Below, in pieces: positions 12,128 through 26,969 of a DNA stretch of 64,000 nt (its first letter is position 1; every line of letters starts with the position of its first letter). The notes beneath the pieces are model-generated. The model did no database searches and was not told where the DNA came from. It saw only the letters and a program-made list of their open reading frames with translations. Origin of the DNA: Flaccisagitta enflata. Its lineage: Eukaryota. The stretch covers positions 33,790,001 through 33,854,000 of the forward strand of contig OZ231126.1 of the NCBI GenBank assembly GCA_965153355.1, in the 5' to 3' direction. The position numbers were made by a program, and so were the translations under genes.

Positions 12128-12730
12128 ACAATGGCAAAAAAAAAAACTAGACGCTCAATATTTATCAATAACTTGTAAACCACTTAAATTTTTTGCTTAA
12201 AATCCATGAGCATTTAAAAGAGCTTCAAAAACTCTACAAATCTAGACCAAGCAGAAATCTTTAGCTCAATTCGTTTAGAAATGACATAAGTTTAAAGTTC
12301 AGTACTCAAATTCTTGATTGACGAATAGAGCAGATTTCAGCGCCAAAAAACATGACACGTTTTGTCTTATATATTCTGTAAAACGCAAAAATGAAATAAA
12401 CAATACAAAATCAAAGGTGAAAATGAAGTATTTTTAATTCTCTACAAGATGGAATCAAGCAGAAATCATAATTTTGGTTCGTTTACAAGCTGTATCAATA
12501 CAAAGTTGGTTACTGTAAAAAAGATGGAAGCAAGATTTGAGTTTTTTGAGTAGTTATCTTTAAATTATCATAACTTCTAAAGTTCTGAAGCTAGAATGAT
12601 CGGAAGGAACTCAAATGAAAGATTTTTTGAAGATCTTTAAAACCGTCATGGATTAAAAGGTTCTAGCATTTTCTAGTACGACTCAATCAACAGTCAAAAG
12701 ATCGCGTCTAGTTTTTTTCTTTGCCACGGT
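12128..12730. mobile_element. 603-bp TA-flanked MITE, copy 2
   Basis: Differs from 6262-6864 at only about 5 positions. TA on both sides. Confidence 0.9.
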
Positions 12731-13273
12731 TATGCTTAGATTTAAAATTTGCCCTTGCGGGAAAAAACAAGTGCACCGGATTGAATTCCCTAACATAACC
12801 CTAAGGTTTAGCTGGGTTTTATGTATTACGACCTGAAACTACTTGAATTATTAAAGTTTCGCTCTGGCGGAGGATTCTGAAAAAAAAACATTCAAAAGTT
12901 CCCTGAATTCAATAGGGTGGAACATCTGGAGGGGGTGTCGATAGAAAATAGGGTCATGTGCAGGGGTAGGGTTGGGTTTAGGGGTATGGTTGATTTTAGA
13001 GATTGGTTGGGTTTAGGGGTAGGGTTGGGTTTTGGGGTAGGGTTGGTTTTAAGGGTTAGGTTGGGTTTAGGGGTAAGGTAGGGTTGAGTTCAGGGGTAGG
13101 GTTGTAACTATATTTTGCAATTTTGTCAGTTATAGATACCTCCTGAGATTTTATTGCCGATGTATTCTCTTTTCTTATTACGCGCTCAAGAGTGGGGTGG
13201 CATTTGAGCGTCATCCGCGTTTCGACGGCTTCTCTCTTTGACTTCTTAATTGTTGCGTTGACATTATCATCCC

Positions 13274-13850
13274 TTTTTGGGCAGCGGCCCCAAGGGGAAT
13301 AAAGTCCTGTAGAACACAGGGGAAATCTGTACATCCATACGTCTGTAAGTCTATCCATCAGTCCGTCCCCTTTCTGGCCCATCTTCAGGGCTTTGTCTTC
13401 TTTGGGGGTCCATTCTGACCCAGATTTTGCCTTATAGCCCAAATTCAAATAATATGGCCCAAACCCAAGCAATATGGCCCAAATCTAAGGGGGAATAACC
13501 CAAATTCAAGCAGACTGGCCCAGAACTTAGCAAAATGACTCAATCTGCCTAGAAAACATAATATCTGACCTAAGGCCCTTCATTTTGGCTAACTAAACCT
13601 AGATTTTGAGTTCTGATACCAAACTTCTGAGACCCACATCTTGGCCTTAGAGACCTACATCTTAGTCTACAGGACCCAGATTCTGGCCTCTTAGACCCAG
13701 ATTCCAGCTCAAGAGACTCAAATCCTGGCTTCAGAGATCAGAATCTTGGCCTCAGAGATCAAGATCCTAGCCTACTCTTCCCTTTATTCAACTAACAAAC
13801 CACTAAAGCAGAGCTTGGGTACTGTTGACCATGTAATGTCCCTAGTCATT
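13274..13850 (+). mobile_element. HINE-like family B element with internal repeats of about 21 bp
   Basis: Starts TTTTTGGGCAGCGGCCCCAAGGGG...GTCCTGTAGAACAC, has internal GGCCCAAA/GAGACCCAGAT repeats, and ends in a degenerate GGGTACTGTTGACCATGT tail. Confidence 0.65.
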
Positions 13851-14117
13851 TTTCCATGTCATCCAATGGGAATTTTGCATTTTTCTGATTTTTTAAAAAA
13901 AAGTTTCATGTTATTAGATGCATCCTCGCATCTCTATAAGAGGGTGTGTCCCTTGGTCTGTCTGAATGTCCGTCCGGAATGCGAAGTTTTTCATGTGCGA
14001 TTTTTAGGGTTTTCTCTTTTTTTCGCATCTGGAGAAAGTCGTTACTAATGCGGCTTTAATCCTAACTCTACCTTACATTGACGAATCGGAGCGATGAAGA
14101 TCTTTTTTTTTTATTTA

Positions 14118-15992
14118 TTTTTAGTCGCGTGCACGCGACTCTCCGTCTGTCGGTCGGTCGGTCGGTCGGTCGGTCGGTCCGTCGGTCCGTCGGTCCGTCG
14201 GTCCGTAACACTTAGCTTTTTTGCGTCTTTTTGGGTCATCTGGAGTTAGTTTGAGTCATTTTTTTGTTGTTTTTGGGAATTATTGGTTGCTTTTAGTTAT
14301 TTTTGGTCATTTTTGGTCATTTTTGGTCATTTTGGTCATTTTGATCATTTTGGTCATTTTGATCATTTTGGTCATTTTGGTCATTTTGGTCATTTTTGGC
14401 CATTTTTGGCCATTTTTGGCCATTTTTGATCATTTATGATCATTTTTGATCATTTTTGGTCATTTTTGGTCATTTTTGGTCATTTTGGTCATTTTGGTCA
14501 TTTTGGTCATTTTGGTCATTTTTGATCATTTTTGATCATTTTTGATCATTTTTTGTCTTTTTTGGTCATTTTTGGTCATTTTTGGTCGTATTTGGTCATT
14601 TTTGGTCATTTTGATCATTTTTGGTCATTTTTGGTCATTTTTGTCATTTTGGTCATTTTGGTCATTTTGGTCATTTTGATCATTTTTTATCATTTTTGGT
14701 CATTTTTGGTCATTTTAGGTCATTTTTGGTCGTTTTAGGTCATTTTTGGTCATTTTTGATCATTTTTGGTCATTATGGTCATTTTTGATCATTTATGGTC
14801 ATTATGGTCATTTTGGTCATTTTTGGTCATTTTTGGTCATTTTTGGTCAATTTTGGTCATTTTTGGTCAATTTTGGTCATTTTTGGTCATTTTTGGTCAA
14901 TTTTGGTCGTCTTTGGTCATCTTTGGTCATCTTTGGTCATTTTGGTCATCTTGGTCATTTTGTTCATTTTTGTTCATTTTTGTTCATTTTTGGTCATTTT
15001 TGGTCATTTTGGTCATTCTTGATCATTTTTGATCATTTTTTGGTCATTTTTGGTCATTTTTGACCATTTTTGGTCATTTTTTGTTACAGTCTGCTGGTTA
15101 AAGACTGCTGGTTAAAGACTGCTGGTTAAAGTCTGTTGATTGAAGTCTGCTGGTTAAAGTCTGCTGGTTAAAGTCTGCTGGGTAAAGTCTGCTGGTTAAA
15201 GTCTGCTGGTTTAAATCTGCTGGTTTAAGTCTGCTGGTTTAAGTCTGCTGGTTTAAATCTAATGGTGCAAGTCTGCTGGTCTAATGGTTTAAGTCTGCTG
15301 GTTTAAGTCTGCTGGTTAAAATGATACTAAAGATAAGTATGGTTTAAGTCTGGTTTAAGTCTGGTTTAAGTCTGGTTTAAGTTTGGTTTAAGTCTGGTTC
15401 AAGTCTGGTTTAAGTATGGTTTAAGTCTGGTTAAAGTCTGGTTAAAGTCTGGTTTAAGACTGGTTCATGTCTGATTTATGTCTGGTTTAGGTCTGGGTTA
15501 GGTCTGGTGTATGTCTGGTTTGTGTCTGGTTTATGTTTGATTTAGGTCTGATTTAGGTCTGGTTTTGGTCTGGTTTTGGTCTGGTTTAATTCTGGTTTGA
15601 GTCTGGTTTGAGTCTGGTTTGAGTCTGGTTTGAGTCTGGTTTGAGTCTGGTTTGAGTCTGGTTTGAGTCTGGTTTGAGTCTGGTTTGAGTCTGGTTTGAG
15701 TCTGGCTCAAATCTGGTTTATGTCTGGTTTATGTCTGATTTAGGTCTGGTTTTGGTCTGGTTTAATTCTGGTTTGAGTCTTGTTGTCTGATTTAGGTATG
15801 GTTTTGGTCTGGTTAAATTCTGGTTTGAGTGTCGTTTGAGTCTGGTTTGAGTCTGGTTTGAGTCTGGTTTGAGTCTGGTTTGGGTCTGTTTTGGGTTGCA
15901 TTTAAGTCTGATTTTTGATAAAAAGATATAATAAGGAGTCAGTTCAGTTATTTTTGTCCTGCACGCGACTTATAGGTGTTGGCCTTGTTTTT
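14118..15992 (+). mobile_element. HINE family A element with about 1.6 kb of central tandem repeats
   Basis: 5' palindrome AGTCGCGTGCACGCGACT and (GTCG/GTCC)n. Arrays: (TTTTGGTCAT)n at 14297-15085, (GTCTGCTGGTTAAA)n at 15088-15320 and (GTCTGGTTTRA)n at 15337-15900. 3' end TGCACGCGACTTATAGGTGTTGGCCTTGTT. Confidence 0.85.
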
Positions 15993-16063
15993 CTATGACC
16001 AAGCTATTTCTAATGGAATACCAAAAACATTGTTGGGGCACTCACGAAACTATTTGCTAACTA

Positions 16064-16655
16064 CTATCTAGGCGGAAAAAATCTTTCGGTACGTTTACAT
16101 GCATATCTCAGGTTAGAATCAACCAAACATAAAAAAATCGGTGAGATAATTAAAGCTCTTCAAATTTGCAAGAGATTGACGCAAACCGCATCCCTCTAGC
16201 TCCATGCGTTCAAAAACTGTTCAACTTTGAATGAAATACTTGAGTTTCACTTGTGCCATTTTCCCACAATCCTCTAATGATATCATTTCACTCTTTTTTT
16301 TATTACTTCCAAACGCCTTGAGCTAGACAGATGCGATTTGCGTTGCCTGCTTGCAAATTTGGAGGGCTTCATTTATGTCACCGATTTTTCTATGATTTGA
16401 TGATTCTTTTGAGAGCTGTGTTTCTAAATGTAGTGAAAGAATAGTCAATAAAAAATCAGAAGAAAGATCTGGAAAGCCTTCACTCCTGAGTAACACTAAC
16501 TGCTCTACAAATCGCCTCTGAGTCAAATTGCTGCTCTGATTCAGTCAAAGGGAACTAATAATAATTATTGAGGGATTAGTAATTGATTTGTATTCATTTA
16601 TACGCCAATGAATACATTTTTGTTACAGGACGAAAGATTTTTTCCGCCTAGATAG
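16064..16655. mobile_element. 592-bp TA-flanked MITE
   Basis: Perfect 25-bp TIR CTATCTAGGCGGAAAAAATCTTTCG. TA at 16062-16063 and 16656-16657. Confidence 0.9.
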
Positions 16656-18534
16656 TACAGATGCCTTATGTCTCTTTTGTCTCTTTTGTATCTTTTGTCT
16701 TTCATGGCTCCTATATGTCTCTTATGTCTCTTATCTCTCTTTCGTCTCTTTCATCTTTTTTGTCTCTTTTGTCTCTTTTGTCTCTTTTTGTCTCTCATGG
16801 CTCCCATAAGTCTCGTATTGCTCCTATGTCTCTTTTGTCTCTTTTGTCTCTCATGGCATGGCTCTTATATTTCTCTTATGTCTTTTATGTCTCTTATGTC
16901 TATTATGTCTCCTGTCTCTTATGTCTTTTATATCACATTGGTCTCTTAGGTCTCTTTTGTGTCTTATGTCTCTTCATGTCTCTCCATGTCCCTTTGTTAG
17001 GTGGAGTTGGGGAGGTGGGGGGGTGGGGGGACGGGGAGGCGTGGGGGGACGGAGAGGCGTGGGGAGATGGGGAGGTGTGGGGGGGGGATGGGGAGGCGTG
17101 GGAGGGGGGATGGGAAGGCGTGGAGGGGGGGTGGGGAGGCGTGGGGAGGGGTGAGGTAGTAATCAGTTTACGTTTTTCTCGTTATCTCAATATATATCTT
17201 CTTATCATCATATCTTAATATCTTTATATCTTGATAATTTGTATTTTAATATCCTACATCTAAAGAGGACGCATCTATTGGACATCTCTTGGCCTTGTTA
17301 GGTAAGGATCTTGTTGTTTTACTTCATAGAGTTAAAAGTGAAATGCGTTCTGAAAAAAACTCGCCCCCTGAAGTGTCTAGACTCACGGCAGGCGTAAATC
17401 ACCACCAATCTAGGCTTTCTTGGGTTTGTTCGACGGAGATTTGTTTTCTCTTGGGGCGTTTGCGAACTAGAATTATTGTTTGTTTGTTTGCAATAGATAA
17501 TAGGTACAAATATAAAAACGATTAATGACTGACAAACACAACATTATGTTCAGAGTTAGAGTCCAGGGACTGAAAGGTCAACTTCAGAGTCACTCATCAA
17601 AATCATATTTAGGCAAGAGCATATCATGTGTATAATGGTCAAAAAGTATATCTATCCATGTAAACCTTCTGATTAAGTGGATATTTCACTTTTCTTACTC
17701 GATCTACTTCCCCACGAGGATGAGTACTTTATGTAGCGCGGTTTTTTAAGAGGCGTTTTCTGTGTCACTCTACGTGTCTCACTCTGCTGTAACAAGTTAC
17801 ATGCATGTATAAAAACAAACCAAAGACGATATTTTTTCCAAAGCAGATTGCATTTTTCTTACAGTTGCATGCGGTCAGACTCAAATTAAGCAGTGCTCTT
17901 TAATCAGACGATCTCCAAAAATTAGTTTTTCTTTGATTTTTTATGTTTTTGTGAAAAAGATGGCGCGCAATGATACATGTGTAATGTAACTTTGACTCTG
18001 AAAAAAACGAGTGGGGGCGAGTTTTAGAAAATAAGCGTACGCATTGGAGATGATTCTAATCGGCGCTTTATAGGCCCTCTTTTTCCCTCCAAAATATTGA
18101 CGTCTTACTCATTTTTGAGAGAATTAAAACAGTTAACACGGACGCTTCGCGGAAATAAAAAAGCCAAATCCATAAGCAAACGGGAAAATCAATCTTGAAG
18201 TTTTTCTCTTTTTTCTTCAACTTAAAAATCGAACATTGTTGCAACTAAAAATTTTCCTGACTGTTGTGGGTAGTTACTTCATTTAAGCTCTTGCAGCGGT
18301 CCCATTATGATCTGATGAATTCATCGACCATATTTTTTTACTTTTTTTTGATAATGAAATTGAACATAAAATGAAACGACATGAGCTGAAGAGTGTTGGC
18401 CCCGCTAATGTTTTTCGCGACTTCAACTTGCATAGGTGGGGAAAAAATCCATGTTCAGATGCGTAAGGAAGTAACTCGTACTACTTTCTCTAGCCTTGTT
18501 CAATGAGAGTTATGGCACCCTCGACAGAAAGATG

Positions 18535-18702
18535 GCAGACGGATGGATGGTAGGATGGATGGGTGGATGGAGGGATGGACACATTCCCCCTGTGTTCCAC
18601 AGGAGTTTGGGGCCATTGCCCTGCTCCCCTCTACCTAAATCTCAAATCACTCCAGCAGGGCACGGTTACCGCTGACCATTTACTGTCTTTGGGCTGCTAT
18701 TT
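18535..18702 (+). mobile_element. 3' part of a HINE-like family B element
   Basis: (GGAT)n followed by CCCCTGTGTTCCACAGGA...GGGGCCATTGCCCTGC...GCAGGGCACGGTTACCGCTGACCAT. A similar 3' fragment lies at 48925-49062. Confidence 0.6.
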
Positions 18703-19109
18703 AGATTTGGCGTAATTGCTTTGTTATCATCGTCTGTCCGTTGTTCTGTCTGTTCGTCCGTCGTTAATTCATCTGGAAATTCCTCACTTAGTTGCGCTAC
18801 TGAAAACATCTCTATGTTTTGCTCATCTCAGTCCTCTGTAAATTCATATTCGCACAATAACTAGCGACTTTTTGAGACCGTTGCCCATTAGTCCGTTTGC
18901 CGTTAATGCAATTTTTTAGAATGAGCAAATTCGGCCATAAGTGTGATATGTATGTGTGATGTATGTGCAGTGGTGCACATTTTTGTGAATTGCGTTAAGC
19001 AATTTACTATAACTCCACAAAATGTTTTTCTGTTTTTTTTTTTTTTTTTTTTCCTTTTTTTTCTTTCTTTGAAAATAGGGTTTTGTTCTACGCTCTCTTC
19101 CTCTTGTCC

Positions 19110-20910
19110 TTCCCTTGTCCTTCCCGGGTCTATTCCTATATGAACATGGCTTTTGTTTCTTTGTCCTTCCCTTGTCTTTCCCTATGTAAATATGGGTAAT
19201 GTTTTAAAGTTCTTCCCTTGCCTTTCCCTATATGAATATGGGTAATGTTTTTCCGTTCTTCCCATGTCTCTCCCTACATCAATATAGCTCTTGTTTCTCT
19301 CTTCTTCCCTCATTTTTCCCTATACAAATATGGGTAATGTTTTTCGGTTTTTCCCTTGTCTTCCCCTACATCAATATGGCTTTTGTTTCTCTGTTCTTCC
19401 CTTGTCTTTCCCTATATGAATATGGGTAATGTTTTTCAATTATCCCCTTATCTTCGCCTATATCAATATGGCTTTTGTTTCCCTATCTTTCCCTTGTGTT
19501 TCCCTGTATGAATATGGGTAATGTTTTTCAGTTCTTCCCTTGTTTTTTCCTATATGAATATGGGGAATGATTTGCAGTTCTTCCCTTGTCTTTCCCTATA
19601 CCAATATGGCTTTTGTTTCTTTGTTCTTCCCTTGTCTTTCCCTGTACAAATATGGGTAATGTTTTTCAGTTCTTCCCCTGTCTTTCCCTGTATGAATATG
19701 GGTAATATTTTTCAGTTCATCTTTTGTCTTCCCCTACATCAATATGGCTTTCGTTTCTCTGTACTTCCCTTGTCTTTTCCCATATAAATATGGGTAATGT
19801 TTTTCAATTTTTCCCTTATCTTACCCTATATCAATGTGGCTTTTGTTTCTCTATCCTTCCCTTGTCTTTCCACGTATGAATATGGGTAATGTTTTTCAGT
19901 TCTCCCTTTGTCTTTCCCTGTATGGATATGGGTACTGTTTTTTTAGTTTTTCCCTTGTCTCTCCCTATATCAATATGTTTCTCTGTTCTTCCCTTGTCTT
20001 TCCCTTTATGAATATAGGTAATGTTTTTCAGTTCAACCTCTGTCTTTCCCTGTATGAATATGGGTAATGTTTTTCAGTTCTTCCCTTGTCTTCCCCTACA
20101 TCAATATGGCTTTTGTTTCTCTGTTTATCCTTTGTCTTTCCCTATATGAATATGGGAAATGTTTTTCAAATCTTCCCTTATCTTCCCCTTTATCAATATG
20201 GCTTTTGTTTCTCTATCCTTCCTTTGTCTTTCCCTGTATTGATATGGGTAATGTTTTTCAGTTCTCCCTTTGTCTCTCCCTATTTGAATATAAGTATTGT
20301 TTTTCAGTTCTTCCCTTGTCTTCCCCTACATCAATATGGCTTTTGTTTCTCTGTTCTTCCCTTGTCTTTCCCTATATAAATATGGGTAATGTTTTTCAGT
20401 TCTTCCCTTGTCTTCCCCTACATCAATATGGCTTTTGCTTCTTTGTTCTTCCCTTGTCTTTCCCTGTATGAATATGGGTAATGTTTTTCAGTTCTTCCCT
20501 TGTTTTCCCCTACATCAATATGGCTTTTGTTTCTCTGTTCATCCCTTGTCTTTCCCTGTATAAATATGGGTAATTTTTTTCAGTTTTTCTTTGTCTTACC
20601 CTATATCAACCTGGCATTTTTTCTCTGTTCTTCCCTTTTTTTTCGCTATATGAATATGTTTGTATTTTTCAGCTCCTCTTTGTCTTTCCCTACATCAATA
20701 TGGCTTTTGTTTCCCTTGTCTTTCCTTTATGAATATGGATAATGTTTTTCAGTTCTTCCCTTGTTTTTCACTTTATCAGTATGGCTTTTGTTTCTCTGTT
20801 TTTCCCTTCTCTCTCCCATAATGAATATGGGTAATGTTCTTCAGTTCTTCCCTTGTCTTTCTCAACATGAATATGGCTTTCATTTCTCTATTATTTCCTT
20901 ATCCTATGTT
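19110..20910. repeat. 46-bp satellite, about 39 units, with two interleaved subtypes
   Basis: AATATGG recurs every 46 bp (19189, 19235, 19281, ...). Subtype A ends GGGTAATGTTTTTCAG and subtype B ends GGCTTTTGTTTCTCTG. A HINE-type 3' end (CCCCTGCCCAACTCGCGACT...TTGTT) follows at 21021-21062. Confidence 0.9.
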
Positions 20911-21261
20911 CTCACTTTTTGTTTTAGTATTACAAAATAAAACTTAAGTATTTCCACTAAACATGTTGTCAATTGCACCTGCAATTCACATGTTTGGCGA
21001 CAGTCACTGGTTTAGTTCTACCCCTGCCCAACTCGCGACTTGTTGCCGTGATGGGATTGTTCTTTGGCGCGTCGGTGCAATCCTTAACGTCGTACAACTA
21101 AATGCGCAAATTTAAATCAGGCTTCCTTATTTACAAGAGTTTCCGTTAAGACAAAGTGAGCAATTAACAATACGACGTCTCGAGCAATAAACAACATAGA
21201 CTTGCGAGGCAGTAATCATTCCAAACGTCACAACAGTGACTGAAAAAATAGTTAAGTGTAT

Positions 21262-21361
<100 letters not shown>

Positions 21362-21419
21362 CACACACACACACACCTCCGTAGAAGGACCGATAGACAT
21401 ATTGACAAGGAACCTGCAC

Positions 21420-21540
21420 ACAGGAGGCGGTGGTGTTAAGTAGGTGGCGGTGTAACCGAGACAGCGGGAGCGGCGGAGGCGGGGAGGAGGCGCGGCGGAG
21501 GCGATGAAAGCGGCGGAAACGGTGTCATGATTGGCTCGAC
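21420..21540 (+). promoter_or_regulatory. Putative GC-box/CCAAT promoter at the start of a CpG-rich region
   Basis: Clustered GGCGG/GGCGGGG motifs at 21425-21516 and a reverse CCAAT (GATTGGCT) at about 21529, opening roughly 5 kb of CpG-rich sequence. Motif inference only. Confidence 0.35.
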
Positions 21541-21792
21541 AACTTTTACTCCGCTGTGGAGTTTGTGTAAACATTCTTGTATTCACCGGCGTTCTCAACC
21601 GCAACGTCACCCTCGTCACCGACGCCGCTCTCGCCGCCGTTCGTAATATCACCGCGGTCGTTGTCACCGTCACCATAGCCACAGCCACCTCCACCACTGT
21701 CCTCGCAGCCTAGTCACCACTTCCACTGCCGCCTTCGCACTGTCTACTGCTTAACTACCACCTAGAACCTATTGCGCTTCTTTTATCTTTTC

Positions 21793-21834
<42 letters not shown>

Positions 21835-23539
21835 ACCCGACACGTTTTTAATCTCGGCTCCCCGCCCACTTTCCTTACTTTCTCCATTTTCTCATTTTCT
21901 TCTTTGTCTTATTTTCTCAGGTTTCTATCGTTTTTTTTTTCGGTTTGGAATCGCCGTGGATAAAAAGCAAGAAAAAAACAAACTATCCTTCCTTCCTTTC
22001 TTTACCCTTTTTGTTTTTCTTTTTTCTCTCTCTCTCTCTCTCTCTTTTCTCTCTCTGGCTGGGGATAGTGAGCACTCTTAATCTCGGCGTCGATGCGAAA
22101 GAACAAATTTAATCTCAACACGACGCCGCCTCCCTTGAAGATGCCTGGGAGAACGCCGACGCGCCGTTGATGAATCCAAACCGGCAGAAAACTAAAAGAA
22201 AAAAAATGCTAATCATTATAAGTGCAATTCATAACTAAGAAAACCTCCAACGTGAAAGCTTTTTCACCTATGACAAGACAAATATGAACATTTGATAAGA
22301 GAAAAAAAAGATAACTCAAACAAAAACACAATCAAAACAGAACCAAAAAAAAAAAAAAAAAAAACACGCTAATTTCTTTCTCGATGGACAGCAAAAATTT
22401 AAACGCAGATGGGTAAAAAGTATCATTTCAGTAAAAAAAAGTGGATAACGACGTCAGCAGGTAAAGACGCCGGTTAGAGAGTCACCGACACGACGCCGGC
22501 GCCTCCGACTCCCCCATCTCAAAAAGAAAAAAAAAAAACAGACAATCACCTTCTCCGCCTTCTTCCTCTCACAATCCTCAGAGATTGGAGATAAGATCTT
22601 CGGCTTCATCGCGGCGACGCCGACTTAATCTCGGCGTCGGCATCTCCCTCACTTCGGCGTCGGCATCTCCCTCACTTCAGCGACGTCTCTTTCTTTCCGT
22701 CGGTAAATCCTTTTTTGTCGGTATCCACAACGCATCGTCTCTTCTTTTCTTCCTGTTTCTCAACCGGCGTCGGATTTTTTGCATCGCCGGTTAAAGGACT
22801 TGAAATCGCTTCTTCAATGTTTTGTCGGTTTCAACATCATCTCCAACGCCACCGTTATCGCCATCTTTGCCGTTGCCGTCCTGAGGCTGCTTTCGACGCC
22901 ACCCAGGGAAGTAGACTTTTTTTAAACTATCACCATTAAATTCTCAATGGCCACTCTTCAACGTGGGGAATTTGCGATGGAAAAAGCAAATTTGTGCCCG
23001 TCTATCTAAGGCGTGGCGTCATTGTCGTCAACTTCGTCATTGTCACCGTCGCTCTCGCTCCCATCAGCATCGTCGTTCAACGCCGTCATTCACCGGCGTT
23101 TGTGCTGCGGTTTTTCGTGTTTTCCATCCGCGTTCTTTGGTCATCCGCCTCGACGCCGTGTCTATCAATCCCCAAAGCGACGTTCTTCGATTATCCGCCT
23201 CGATAGCGTTGATGTCGATGCCCGAAAGAAATTCCCCCTCTCTCCATACATTAACATCAGCAAGAACAAAAGAGATCACGGTGATTGCTTTCATTAACGA
23301 CGCGGCGAAAATGTCGGTGATCGCGAATTCGTCCGTACAGAAAATGACATAAAAAACCGCGACTACAAACGAGACAACAACCTCATAAACACGACCAGCA
23401 ACGTCAACTGATACAGCGGCAACTCCATCCACAAACGACTCCTTTACCCAGCCTCTCGCAGTTTCTCCTTGCCCCTGATCCCCCTCACCAACCACCTCTT
23501 TCCCCTACGCCGCGACTCACTTCCGCTCTCACGTTAAAA

Positions 23540-26278
<2,739 letters not shown>

Positions 26279-26562
26279 GTGACGTCATACAAGCACAAGC
26301 TTTTTTATTTAATTATTTTTCATGGGCTTATGAAGACATCTTGACGGGCTTCGCTCTCTTTTCATCATTACTTTTCATCTCACTCTCGCTTATTGTTGTC
26401 AGAGAGCGTGATTTTTCTCATTTGTTCTTCTTTTTTCTTTATGAGGTTTTCAACTACAGTTTGTCTGTTTATGTCTGTCTGACGTTTCTCTTTTACTGTG
26501 GATTATTTTCCTGTTTCACTTCCACCCTTTGTATTTTTCTCTTTTTGATGTAGTTTTGTTTT

Positions 26563-26624
<62 letters not shown>

Positions 26625-26828
26625 GAAATTGCGCTTTCCAGACTTCAGTGTGTTCATCGAACTTGGAAACACAAAACTAGAATAGATAAAATGAAATGAA
26701 ATCTAATTTCGAATCTAAATTTGTGATGTGTTGCTCTTGACTTTTTCATATTCCCCTTTTTACTCCTTTATGGCTACTAGTTTTCTTTAAAAAAAATCTT
26801 TCTCTGAAAAGTCCTTTTACCTTCATTC

Positions 26829-26843
26829 TGTTGTTGTTGTTGG

Positions 26844-26881
<38 letters not shown>

Positions 26882-26890
26882 TTGTTGTTT

Positions 26891-26951
<61 letters not shown>

Positions 26952-26969
26952 CGTCGTCGTCGTCGTCGT
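26829..26969. repeat. (TTG)n(TCG)n microsatellite
   Basis: Read directly. The duplicate lies at 55933-56077. Confidence 0.95.

Larger units (their letters stand above)
13914..17299 (+). mobile_element. Outer HINE-like element hosting nested elements
   Basis: 5' AGATGCATCCTCGCATCTCTATAAGAGGG at 13916, matching 3' subterminal repeat GAGGACGCATCT at 17265-17276, then GGCCTTGTT. Internal (TGTCTCTTW)n array at 16665-16990 and G-rich array at 17000-17157. Confidence 0.6.

Noticed and set aside
11851-13104. True telomere or chromosome fusion site
   Set aside because: The units are short, degenerate and embedded in an interspersed repeat family present in both orientations.
14221-15063. Hydrophobic VIFGHFWSFL-repeat ORFs
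   Set aside because: They come from a 9/10-bp tandem array inside a HINE and are open in several frames at once.
19110-20910. CRISPR-like regular array, or the MNMGNVFQ-repeat ORFs
   Set aside because: The monomers are contiguous with no unique spacers, there are no cas genes, the context is eukaryotic, and the 46-bp period is not a multiple of 3.
21021-21094. Helitron-mediated transduction as the cause of the large duplication
   Set aside because: A HINE 3' end lies about 30 bp before copy 1 but is not present before copy 2, so it was not carried with the duplicated unit.
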